A DNA stretch of 63,814 nt, the filler included, from Dugesia japonica (Eukaryota): the NCBI GenBank assembly GCA_001938525.1. It is 5 parts of 5 records of this genome, joined end to end, with 100 filler letters (N's around TTAATTAATTAA, not from the genome) between each part and the next. Parts side by side here need not be neighbours in the genome. Positions count along the whole stretch, not along the records: positions 19,896 to 33,465 come from MQRL01604146.1; positions 33,566 to 45,987 come from MQRL01435327.1; 3 more parts are not named here. The stretch is one strand, 5' to 3'. The notes under the pieces were generated by a model, which saw only the letters and a list, made by a program, of their open reading frames with translations, made no database searches and was not told the DNA's origin. The position numbers and the translations under genes were made by a program. Each line of letters opens with the position of its first letter. Position 1 is the first letter of the stretch. Shown here piece after piece: positions 25,603-35,410 of the stretch.

Positions 25603-25668
25603 AACCAGTTTTTTCTTTAATTTATTTATAACTTTCTGTTGTTCTATAATTTGTTCTTCAAGTTTCTT

Positions 25669-26243
25669 TTATAAATCACTTTCAATTTTTTCGTGGGAAA
25701 TTAAATCTTTAACTTGTTTTACTATATATTTGCTTATTGATATTTCTTCAGCTGTTAAAAGATTGTCAGATAAAGCTTTTTGCTGAAATAAAAATAATTT
25801 ATTTTTAACAGTTTCTAACTCATGAATTAAATTTTTATACTTTTTCTTTTTTGCTTTTATTAAAGATGAATTCAAAGTACCAATAACTGGAATACAAGAA
25901 ACTACACTAGTTAAAAAAATTGGAATTAATCCTCCAACACCTAAAGTTCCTAAAGAAATTAATAAAGTTCCAGTTATTCCAACACAAGTTATAATAAATA
26001 TTTATGTAAATCTAATCGAAGTATCTAACCTTGACGATCTTTTATAAATCTTTTTATAATGCTTAATTTTATCATCAATGAAATAAAGATCTGATTCAAA
26101 ATCTTCAATTCTTAAACTTGATAATCTAGTTTTTAAATCTTGAATTGTATATTTGTGATCTTTATAAATATATTTTTCCAAGTATAGATATTTTTTAAGG
26201 GACCCTTCGGATGGGACCCTTCGGGATTTAAATCTTCTTTCAT
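25669..26243 (-). pseudogene. Conserved Maverick membrane protein (hydrophobic hairpin plus KALxD..xEE tail; GasderminX-like)
   Basis: Extended translation YKKIYKRSSRLDT..ILLITCVGITGTLLISLGTLGVGGLIPIFLTSVVSCIPVIGTLNSSLIKAKKKKY..QKALSDNLLTAEEI, with one stop and a frameshift. Confidence 0.55.
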
Positions 26244-26256
26244 TTTATTAAAAGAT

Positions 26257-26668
26257 TAATTTGAAATTGTAATATTATCAATATAAATATTTGCTGGTAA
26301 AATGAAAGTAATTCTTTCTATTGGTTTATATTTCCCTACATTTATTCCAAGATAAAATATATTTTTTTAGTAAAATTAAATTCATGTTCTTCTTGATTAT
26401 TATTAATTGCTATATAGATTTTTAAATAAATAATATCAGTATATCCATTAAATAAAAAATTTACTTGTTCTAATTGTTTTTTAAAATAAAAATAAAGTTC
26501 TAATGGTTCTTCAAGAAAATAATATTTATATGGTTTTACTTGGGGCACTCCGTGAATATTTTTTAATATTCCTTTTCTTTTTATTTTAAATGGTGTTGTT
26601 CCAGAATGATATGGTAATTCATTCTTTGTTAATAAAGTAGTTAATTTAAAAAGTATTTTTGGATTCAT
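26257..26668 (-). pseudogene. Maverick ORF of unknown function (beta-rich, frameshift near the C-terminus)
   Basis: ORF 26342..26668 plus a shifted continuation GKYKPIERITFILPANIYIDNITISN*. Confidence 0.4.
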
Positions 26669-26714
26669 TATATTTATTTTATTAGCGTAAAGAAAATAAT
26701 TATCAATTATTTCT

Positions 26715-27054
26715 CTAATCTTGTTTAGGATTTGATGGGTGTTGTTTTATTTTCATAATAAAATCATTAATTTCAATAACACGATCATTGTGAAGATCTT
26801 GTTTTATTTTAATAAATTCTTCTTCTAAAGGAACTAAAGGATTATTTAACAATTCTACTTTTTGTGATAGTTTTTCTAATTCTAAATTAATTTTATTAAA
26901 TTTTTCAGGCAAACAAGTACTTGATAAATTATTAATTTCTTTTGTTAATATTTCAATTTCTTTTTTAAAATTATTAATATTTTTATTAGTATTCACTTGT
27001 GAATTTTGGATAATATTTCTTTTAATTATTAAATTACTCTTTGATCTAATCCAT
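26715..27054 (-). pseudogene. Maverick coiled-coil ORF
   Basis: Open frame 26715..26996 with heptad repeats. An ATG at 27054 is followed by stops. Confidence 0.4.
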
Positions 27055-27065
27055 GATTTATTATT

Positions 27066-27335
27066 CTATAAAAGTTGTTGAATATAAATATTTAACTCTC
27101 TAATCGTTTGTTTTAATTCTGATACTTCTTTTTCCAATTTATTAAAATATTTTAAATTAACTGCATCTAGTTCGTTTTTAGGTTCATTAATAATTTTCAA
27201 ACAAGTAATTGAATCTCCACTTTCATTAACAAACCTAGATTCATTATTAATAGATTCTAATTTTAATTTAGTAGAAACATGTTTTAATATGTTTATATTA
27301 TTTTGACTATTTAAAGTTTCTCCACAAAAATTCAT
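27066..27335 (-). CDS. Maverick small ORF with a fibre/stalk-like motif (89 aa)
   Basis: FVNESGD..PKNELDAVNLKY followed by a coiled coil resembles the P-x(4)-DAVN-x-x-Y neck motif of trimeric fibres/adhesins. The ATG directly abuts the protease stop (TAAATG). Confidence 0.5.
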   Translation of the reverse strand: MNFCGETLNSQNNINILKHVSTKLKLESINNESRFVNESGDSITCLKIINEPKNELDAVNLKYFNKLEKEVSELKQTIRELNIYIQQLL

Positions 27336-27833
27336 TTATTTATTAAATGGGTTTTTATAAGGGTTTTCAAGTAATTCTTTAAAGGTTTCGTATAATTCAT
27401 TTATTATTTCTTCAAATGTTTTAAAAGAAAGTGAATATAAAAAATATAAACTCAAGACTCCACAAATACTTGTTCCAAAAGGTTAAACTTGAATTTCATT
27501 ATAAACATTTACATATTTTTCAATTTCTTTAAAAGGTTTTAATCCATAAGAATCAAAATAAAATCCAGAAGAAAAAGCAACCTAATGAGTTCCTTTTTGA
27601 TTGGAATTTTGATAATTAATAATTATTGGTGCCCGCGTGAACCACTTATCTTTATTTAAAACATAAGGGAAAGCGTCACGCGTGACGCTTAATTCACCTT
27701 TCATTAATACTTCTAGTTCTAAATTTAAAAAATCAGCAATAGAATACAAATTAAAATTAGTTTTTGTATTTATTCCAAATGTTTTTAAAAAGTCTAGGAC
27801 TCCATAAGATTTCTCTGAGTTTACGTAAGGCAT
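27336..27833 (-). pseudogene. Adenain-like cysteine protease (virion maturation protease)
   Basis: Reading through two stops gives IINYQNSNQKGTH*VAF..YFDSYG..YNEIQV*PFGTSICGVLSLYFL, with the His-Asp-Gln-Cys catalytic order. Confidence 0.9.
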
Positions 27834-28497
27834 TTTCTAATATGAACTAATAAAGAAATAGTTTGTCCATTAAAGTCTATAGGATTATTATTTTCATCTA
27901 TAATATTAAATTTTAAAGAATCAATACGTTTGGAATTTAATCTTAAATAAATTGGTGGATAAATTCTTTCTTTAAATTTAAAACCAAAACCAACAGAATT
28001 TACTGGAAAAGAATATAATAAATTCATTGGTATGGCTTGACCGTTGGTATTGATATAATTACCTTTAACTAAATTAAAAGTTATATTTATCATATTAATA
28101 TTTAAAATATCAATTTTATTTTCAGAATAATATTTTCCAATTGAATACTGGTTAGGTAAAAACCGAAAATTGTATGAAAAAAAGATTTGCAATCAAATTT
28201 AATTGTATTTTCTTTTATATCTAAATTACATTTTGTTGTTGATTGATCTGCTGTAACTTCAATTTTATACTTTGATAGTTTATTAGATATTTCTTTTATT
28301 TCATAAGCACCTGGTTCTATAGTTATTAATTTATCATTACAGTAGAAACTATTGTTTTTATTAATTACATTAAAAATAATATTATAACAACTAAAACATA
28401 ATAATCGCATTGCATATTCTGAATCTAATTCTATTGGAAATCTTAAATTAACTTTAAGATCAGACTCTTTACCAACAACTAAAAATTGATGAGACAT
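27821..28497 (-). pseudogene. Minor capsid protein (penton), one frameshift
   Basis: MSHQFLVVG..FPIELDSEY..IEPGAYEIKEI..IFGF joined to PIYLRLNSKRIDSLKFNIIDENNNPIDFNGQTISLLVHIRK, a typical Polinton penton pattern. Confidence 0.85.
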
Positions 28498-28522
28498 TTT
28501 ANNNNNNNNNNNNNNNNNNNNA

Positions 28523-29343
28523 TTTATTTTTATAAACATTATACTTTTTATTAGTAATTAATTCCTGTTTTAATAATTCTTTACAAACAGATTTAAAATC
28601 TTGTTTTAAATTATTATGTCAGGCTTTTACAGCTGAAATTAATAATGGTAATCTTTCAAACAAAGAAACTGGATCATGATTTAAACCTTCGCCTATAATT
28701 GGAATTTCTTTTTCAATTATATTTTCAATAGGTTTTTTTTCTTCAATTACTTTTTTAAGTTTATGTATTTTAGTAGTTCGCTCTTGTTTTTTAACTTTTT
28801 TAGGATCTTTTTTTCCAAGTAATGAATCACGATATCTAGAATTAGATGGAAATGTAATCTTTAATTTATTTAAATAAATATCAAATGCTTCTAAATCATT
28901 ACTTTCATTTCCCAAAATTAAATTCATTACTTCTTTAGAATATGGTATTACTTCTTCTTTAGATAAAAATTATTTCTTTCCATCTTCTTCAAATAAATAT
29001 AATTCTTTATTAGGATAACGTCTCTTTAGAAAGTTTTTATTATCAATATTTTCTATTTCAAATGTTGGTGTAATTGTTTTAGATAAATTATCACTATTTA
29101 AATTATTTTTTGGAAAGAATAGAATTATTTTTTTAAAGGGGTTTGTAGGTTTATCATCATTCAAATGAGTTTGTAGATATTTTACCTTAACTTTCAACTG
29201 CTTTAATTATATTGAATAGTTAAATCAGTTTGTAAAGTTCTTGCTTCAATTACATTCCCAGTAAATAAATTATCATAATTATCTTGAGCTTTAATTAATT
29301 CTTTTAAAAGTTTTATTCTTTCTATTATTTGTTCACTATCCAT
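28523..29343 (-). pseudogene. Conserved uncharacterised Maverick protein (C-terminal DP-x-x-L-x-x-RL-x-LL motif)
   Basis: GEGLNHDPVSLFERLPLLISAVKA*HNNL resembles the GxG..DPNELVERLRLLxASxxAGN tail seen in invertebrate Polintons. Broken into ORFs 28619-28927 and 28970-29197. Confidence 0.6.
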
Positions 29344-29344
29344 T

Positions 29345-29869
29345 TTATTTAGGATTTTCATAATGATTTTTAAAAGGTTTTAAATATAAACCATCACTTT
29401 TTATTTCAACTTGTATCCCATTTTTAAAATTTTTAGTTATAATTTTCAACTCTGAATTATCTAAACTATTTTTTAAATATTTATGAATCGCAGATCCTTG
29501 ATATGGTTTTAAATAAAGTCCTGAACCATCTTTTTCTAAAGCTTTTTTCTGTAATTCTACTAATTCAATTTCTTTTTGCTTTTTAATTTTTTGCAGAGCT
29601 TGTGCTTGAGCAGATCTTAAATTACTAACAGTTGATGCTATTCCAGCTGTAGAAGCTAAACCAGCAATTATACCAGGAATTGCAGCTAGAAAAGCAAATC
29701 CACCACTTTTCGTTTGAGCTTCGCGACCTTCGTGTTCTTTAACCATTTTCTTTTTTATTTCTTCTTTAACTTTTTTTCCAATCCAATAGTTTTTTCCATT
29801 AATTTTTACAGATTTGCTTTTTTTTGAATTTATCAAATCAATTAATTCTTGTTCTGTTATGGAAGTCAT
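29345..29869 (-). CDS. Putative virion core / membrane-active precursor protein (pX-like), intact, 174 aa
   Basis: Basic N-terminus, then SGG|FAFLAAIPGIIAGLASTAGIASTV amphipathic segment, coiled coil, and two GLYLKP(Y/F) repeats. Confidence 0.7.
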   Translation of the reverse strand: MTSITEQELIDLINSKKSKSVKINGKNYWIGKKVKEEIKKKMVKEHEGREAQTKSGGFAFLAAIPGIIAGLASTAGIASTVSNLRSAQAQALQKIKKQKEIELVELQKKALEKDGSGLYLKPYQGSAIHKYLKNSLDNSELKIITKNFKNGIQVEIKSDGLYLKPFKNHYENPK

Positions 29870-29874
29870 TTTAT

Positions 29875-30670
29875 TTACTTATATTTTCAGTCTTCAAACA
29901 ACTTATCAATTAAAACTTCAGCTTCTCTATCTAAATAATAATAATTATACTTTGTTTTTCAGTGTAAATTAACTTCATAATCATATTCCATTTTACTGGA
30001 AAATATGTTACTAAATAAATCATAATAAACATTATTTTATCAGTTTTGTTTAATTTGAAAAATATAAAACAATTGGAATTATTTCTAATAAAGTTTTTGT
30101 CTAAATGATAATAAGTTTGTGAATTATAAATTACATTACAATTAACATGTCTACCTCTAGTAAAATAAATTTTTTGTACTTCTTGATTTTTTTCATTAAC
30201 AACATCATCAAAAACTATTAAATTCTTTTTATCCTTAGATAATTTATCACAAGGAATAATTTCATTTGGTTTATTACTTAAAATTACATTTATAGGATAA
30301 GGACTTTTTTCAAATTTTCTTTTTATGGGACCTTTTGGGATTGAATATTTTTTAATATACAATTGAATTACTTCTAATGGAAATATTAAAGAATCAGGAA
30401 TTATATTTTGATATTCAAAAATAAAAATAATATCTTCTTTTGTTAATCCATTTTCGAAACCATGATAAAGTAATTATAATTCAAATTGATTTATTGTAGT
30501 AGAATAAATTATTAAAGTTAATAATCTAAAAACTTGGGAGTTCATAACATTTTCATTAATAAAACATTTTCACCCGATCCAGAAGAACCAATTATTAATA
30601 ATCTAAAATTAGATGGAAAGAGTTTATTATTAAAAATATTTTTATTTTTATTCCATATGAGCTGCGTCAT
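29875..30670 (-). pseudogene. A32/FtsK-type genome packaging ATPase
   Basis: Degenerate Walker A LIIGSSGSGEN, Walker B LIVFDDV, FTRGRHVNCNVIYNSQTYY and IRNNSN; frameshifted. Confidence 0.9.
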
Positions 30671-30687
30671 TTTTATTAAATAAAAAA

Positions 30688-31023
30688 TTAATATTTATTA
30701 CCTTTTTCTTTTATGTAATCATTAGTTAATTTACTAACACTCATATTTAATAAAGCTAAATTTGGCATACCCATGTTTATAAAATTCATGTTATTGTAAA
30801 ATTGAATTTCATCTATTTGTTCTTTTGACATGTATTCAGAAGTATCAGTAGTTAACCACTTCAGAAATGTTTTAGGTTTTTTGTCTTCTTTTTCTTCTTT
30901 TAGCTCTTCTTTTTCTTCTTTTTCAATATTAATTTCTTGTAGTTCTTTCTGGTCACAAGCGTTATTAAGTTCCTTCTGGTCATTATTTTCTTTTGATTTT
31001 TTAGAATTTTGTGTATTTCCCAT
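30688..31023 (-). CDS. Maverick ORF (111 aa), charged, with an MGN N-terminus
   Basis: Intact ORF with TAAAAATG start, MGNTQNSKKSK, and an E/K-rich middle. Confidence 0.6.
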   Translation of the reverse strand: MGNTQNSKKSKENNDQKELNNACDQKELQEINIEKEEKEELKEEKEDKKPKTFLKWLTTDTSEYMSKEQIDEIQFYNNMNFINMGMPNLALLNMSVSKLTNDYIKEKGNKY

Positions 31024-31224
31024 TTTTATATTTTTATTAATTTAAAATTTATAAAAATTAAAATATATAATCAGAAGTTATTTTCTCCATAAAGAATTTT
31101 TTTAAATCTACTTTTTGTGTATAGAAATCATCTGTTAATATATTGGGTAATTTATTTACTACTAAATTATACATTCCAATACTATTTGGATCCATATTTT
31201 TAAAATTAAAAATTTTAAAATAAT

Positions 31225-31551
31225 TAATCAAAATTGAAGTTTTTTTTATTTAATTCTTCAATCTCTTCATTTAATTCTTCAATCTCACCATCAACATATT
31301 TCTTTTCTTCATCAGTAGTATCCATAATTAACCACTTCCAAAAATATTCTGGTGGATTTTTTAAATTTACAGTTGCGAGAGTTTTTTTTAAGTATTTATT
31401 TTCTTCTGAATATTTAAGAATTTCTTTAAATTTATCATTAACAATTTCTTTAAATTCTTATATTAACTCTTCTTTTCATTCTTCTTTAAAAGCTTTTTTT
31501 CCCTACATTTAGAGCACTTTTAAAAAGAAAATCAAAAGAATTATCACTCAT
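31225..31551 (-). pseudogene. Maverick ORF, coiled-coil, two internal stops
   Basis: MSDNSFDFLFKSALNVGKKAFKEE*..PPEYFWKWLIMDTTDEEKKYVDGEIEELNEEIEELNKK. Confidence 0.5.
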
Positions 31552-31632
31552 TTAATTTATTATTTTTTAATTTATGAAAAATCTGTTATTTCCAGAAATT
31601 ATGATAATCCCCACCAATAACAAAATTATATA

Positions 31633-31857
31633 CTACGAATTTAATACAATTCTACTAAACCAATCCAAATTATCATCAGTAAAATTTCTATTAATATAAA
31701 TTAATAATTTACTTATTTCTGTTATTGCTTTATTATTCTTTTCTCTATCATTATATCTATTATTAACATAATCTAAAACAAGCTGTGGTGTGATTATGTT
31801 TAATTTTTCTTTTGGTGATTCATTTAAAATTTCTTGTAGAACACTTTTATCAGCCAT
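31633..31857 (-). CDS. Maverick small ORF (74 aa, possibly truncated by a premature stop)
   Basis: AAAATG start immediately after the integrase stop; helical composition. Confidence 0.45.
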   Translation of the reverse strand: MADKSVLQEILNESPKEKLNIITPQLVLDYVNNRYNDREKNNKAITEISKLLIYINRNFTDDNLDWFSRIVLNS

Positions 31858-31881
31858 TTTTTTAATTTATTAATTATAAAT

Positions 31882-33172
31882 TTATAAAACCGTTTTCTGT
31901 AATTCATTATCATAAAATCTACCTAGAATCTTTTTGTTTTCTAAATCAGTAATTCCATAAGTAAAAGGTTTCGTTTTATATACTTTTGTTATTGTAAATA
32001 TTTCATTTGTCCATTTAGCTGTAAAACCTTTTTCAAATTTGTATTTATATTTAAAGATTCTAACTCTGTCTCCAATTTTAAACTTTTGTTTAAAGGATAT
32101 TGAATCATTTTTATGGTTGTGATCTTTGATTATCTCTTTTATGCTTTCAGAATTTTCTCTAGCTTCTTTTGGAGTTGTTTTTATACTAGAATGAATTGTA
32201 TTATTATAATCATTTACAATCTTTTGTAATAAATTATTATCATATTTCTGGTTACCTATTAAAGTAAAATGTTTAAATAATTCATTTTTAAATGTTTAAT
32301 TAAATCTTTCTATGACTACCTTCGTTTTCAGTTGAATATAAATTAATTTCATTTTCCTTACAAAAAGATTAAAATATTTTATTATAAATTTCACTTCCTT
32401 TATCAACCCATAAATTATTTGGAATTCTATTATTGTCTTCAATTATATTTTCAAATGCATTTGTTATTGCTTGGCCTGTTTTATTAGTACATATTTCTAC
32501 AAATGCAAATCTAGAATATAAATCGATAACTGTTAGTATTATTTTCTTATTTGGCATAAAAATTAAATCTGCAGACCAAGTTTCATCAATTTCTTTTATT
32601 ATTACTTTTAGAAAATGTTTTGGTTTTCTATATTCTTTATGTAATTCTTTGGCACGAAGTTCATTTGCTAATATTTCTTTATTTGAACTTTCACCAGATC
32701 CCAACATAATTTTACCTTTCATTGCTAATTTTACTAAAATTCTTTGTATTTTTTCTGAAATACTAGGATTAGGAATATTATTTAAATCATGAATTAAATT
32801 AACATCAGCTAAATGTCTATCTCTAATATTTTCAGATTTATAAGATAGATCATGTTTTAAAGCTGCTTCATCTACTCTATTAATTGGTTCTTCTCCAGGT
32901 TTTGGAATATTATTTTTGTCTAATCTTAAATCTAATCTTGTTCCTGGGCCTGTATAATTATGTTTAAATAAATGTCTTTCACCTAGATACTTTTTCCAAG
33001 TAAATGGTTTTAAAATTGTTGAAGTAAAAATTTAGAAGATTGAAGATCACCTCCCATTTGAGCTACGCGATCACCACCCAATTTTATTTTACATATTTTG
33101 AAATGTCTAGCTTTATTTTTTCTAAGTAATATTTTATTGCAATATTCACAAACACTTTTATTTTTTATCCAT
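31882..33172 (-). pseudogene. Zinc finger - parvovirus-type phospholipase A2 - retroviral-like (rve) integrase fusion gene
   Basis: CEYC..RHFKIC finger and GGD repeats, then after a frameshift HNYTGPGT..PINRVDEAALKHDLSY..RHLAD (PLA2 Ca-loop, HD dyad). The same frame continues without a stop through MKGKIMLGSG to ELHK..WSADL..LTVIDLYSRF..WVDKGSE, then frameshifts to IERFN..YNNTIHSSIKTTP..FKIGDRVRI..FEKGFTAKWTNEIF..GRFYDNELQKT*. Confidence 0.88.
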
Positions 33173-33213
33173 TTTATTTAAAATCGAAATATGTGATTTT
33201 TTAAACTTAAACT

Positions 33214-33465
33214 CTAAACATAACTTTCTCCTCGTTTATTTTCAATCATTAAAATTTTACTATTTGATAATTTCATTTCAATATGTTTTTCTTCTAAAAT
33301 ACACCAACATAAACTATCTTTAAAATCAGTATCTTTAGTTATATGTAAAGTTATATTTACTGTATTAATATTTAATTTATCATCTTGGGAACTAACATCA
33401 AAACAAAAGATTGGGTATAAATTATCAAACTCTTGTAAAGATAATTGTGGTTCTGTTAAAAAGTC
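33214..33465 (-). CDS. Major capsid protein (double jelly-roll), C-terminal 83 aa only
   Basis: Open frame DFLTEPQLSLQEFDNLYPIFCFDVSSQDDKLNINTVNITLHI..WCILEEKHIEM matches the Polinton MCP C-terminal P-I-F-x-F-D-V-S-x-Q pattern. The rest is lost at the spacer. Confidence 0.75.
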   Translation of the reverse strand, partial: DFLTEPQLSLQEFDNLYPIFCFDVSSQDDKLNINTVNITLHITKDTDFKDSLCWCILEEKHIEMKLSNSKILMIENKRGESYV

Positions 33466-33565
33466 NNNNNNNNNNNNNNNNNNNNNNNNNNNNNNNNNNN
33501 NNNNNNNNNTTAATTAATTAANNNNNNNNNNNNNNNNNNNNNNNNNNNNNNNNNNNNNNNNNNNN
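33466..33565. other. Artificial scaffold-joining spacer
   Basis: N44-TTAATTAATTAA-N44. Confidence 0.95.
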
Positions 33566-34150
33566 CTTGACGTTTTCTTTGAAGTGAAAATTAGTCTAAA
33601 TTTATTATCATCAAAATATTTCATGAGAGAGCATTTTAGGGATTTAGATCCTTCCGAGAATGGTAGTTTTATAGTTATTTTTTCTTGATTATTTTTAATG
33701 TTTTCTTCTTGGTCATTATTTGATTTTGAGCACAGTTTGTTTAGAGTACTTTTTATATTATTGTAAATCATTTTTTGATTATATCCATTAGCTCGAAGAA
33801 TACTATCTAATTTATTAAGACCATCATCATCAATCTCAAAGCTTGATGATATACATCACACTCGATGGACCAAGACTTTTATTAATTCATTCTTATATCG
33901 ATCATCTCAAAAAACTTTAGCAGTGATATAAAGTCCTATGTCTGTCGATTTTTTATAAATTGAAGTATTATAGTTGCAACCCTGTTTACAAACAAGAACA
34001 TCTAAGAATGGTTTTATTGGATTAATTACGTAACAGGTTTATTGGCCAGTGTATAAACAATTTCCGTCTTATTTTACCGCAGTAACTGATGATGGACATA
34101 GATTTGTCCGAAACATGTATTACAAATAAATATTTTAAAAAATTGCGTTT
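33566..34150 (-). mobile_element. Penelope-like retroelement: RT C-terminal/thumb fragment (-) joined to an inverted pseudo-LTR (+)
   Basis: The - strand gives PFLDVLV..TSIYKKSTDIGLY..LIKVLVHR..NGY..ITIKLPF. The + strand 34020-34150 has a hammerhead core, AATAAA and a (TA)n end. Confidence 0.8.
34082..34123 (+). ncRNA. Minimal type I hammerhead ribozyme
   Basis: GTAA-CTGATGA-T-GGACA-tagatt-TGTCC-GAAA-CATG-TA-TTAC: intact CUGAUGA and GAAA cores, 5-bp stem II, palindromic ACATGT stem III, GUA cleavage triplet, 4-bp stem I. Confidence 0.8.
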
Positions 34151-34639
34151 TTTCGTTATATATATATATATCTTTTTTGATAACCCTTTATAAGAGATGT
34201 CATACCTGTTTCTTGTTTTTTAAATATATCGTATTTATCTTTTGAATATATTTGTTGTAGTTCACTGTCATCAAGTAGTCGATTCATGGTGAGACGATAG
34301 ATATGCAAAATAACTAATTCATGATAATCGAAATGTGGTAAACGTTCATTTAATTATATTTAAATTTACATTATATTTAGCAAAGCCAACAAGAATAATT
34401 TCATTTACAAGTAATTCTGTAAATTTCAGTCTCCTTGTAAAGAAAGGTAATGNNNNNNNNNNNNNNNNTAATGATATTAATATGATTTAGACTTATATTT
34501 AAATTTATGTAATAGCAGAATTTTGAAATATTTGTATTAAAATATTTGTACTCCATACAAAATATGTACTGATTTTATTAAGTTATTTACAAATTTACAT
34601 AAATATTATTATGTATGACTCGTGTTCTTTGTTACAGAT

Positions 34640-35047
34640 TCGAGTACGCGTGTCTAGCTATAATACACATAAATTCACCCAGGAATATTCTGCCAAAGTT
34701 AGAGCATTAGAAGAATTATGTGGCAGAAACAGACAAGCTAATATTGACACCGATATGCAACGAGGCACCTCAGCAATTGAAACAGGTTTTAATAAAAATA
34801 CCATTGCTAGGTTTTCCAGACATAAATAAAGACTTCATATTAGACACTGATGCAAGTTTTAACAGCAGGTTTATCACAACTGGATGAGAGCTGTCGAGAA
34901 AGAGTGATCCCATACGGGTCCCATGCAATGAACGCGCACGAAAAAGGATATTGCATAATCAGGAAAGAATTGTTGACAATATACTACTTTTGTAATAGTT
35001 TCCGAAATTATCTATACGGTAGGCGATTTATCCTACGAAACAGATAA
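34640..35047 (+). pseudogene. Ty3/Gypsy RT connection-RNase H fragment
   Basis: LGFPDINKDFILDTDAS..GLSQLD..ERVIPYGSHAMNAHEKGYCIIRKELLTI..FRNYLYGRRFILR. Confidence 0.9.
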
Positions 35048-35159
35048 ACTTTCCGAAAAGTTCATTAAATTCAATAAAATTTTATTTATGAAACGAAAAT
35101 TCAAATCTTCCAATCTATTTTAAATACTGAATATTTAAACAACGTTTTTAACATCTTTC

Positions 35160-35410
35160 TTTACTGGTAGCACATTTTTTTAGTTAAGGTGTTGATGTTT
35201 TTTTAGCTTTAGAGATTTAAGTTTAAGACCATTTTTAACTATATTGCGCACGCTTGACTCACAAATGCCGATTTCTATGTCCATTTCTTTCTCATTGAAC
35301 ACCTGAAATTATGCCTTACACGATCCTGAATAATTTTACGAATCTTCGGAATGTTGGCGCTGCGAGTTCTTCCACTTCTTCGAAGGTCCTTATTGCATCC
35401 TTATTGCACG
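35160..35410 (-). pseudogene. Tc1/mariner (maT-like) transposase HTH fragment
   Basis: DLRRSGRTRSA..IQDRVRHNFRCSMRK..IGICESSVRNIVKNGLKLKS (GRPR-type linker plus second HTH). Confidence 0.65.

Larger units (their letters stand above)
21160..33465. mobile_element. Endogenous Maverick/Polinton (adintovirus-like) genome, decayed, right end cut by the scaffold boundary
   Basis: Contiguous pPolB, protease, penton, packaging ATPase, integrase, PLA2 and major capsid motifs in a compact, apparently intronless virus-like array. Left boundary is approximate. Confidence 0.93.

Noticed and set aside
30830-32792. + strand ORFs 30830-31045, 31234-31512 and 32433-32792
   Set aside because: Antisense shadows of the - strand Maverick genes (Ser/Phe-rich mirror of Glu/Lys codons).
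21446-33172. Alternative genetic code or programmed readthrough explaining the in-frame stops in Maverick genes
   Set aside because: The stops are of all three types, replace different residues (Trp, Gln and others), and co-occur with frameshifts and lost catalytic residues; ordinary pseudogenisation.
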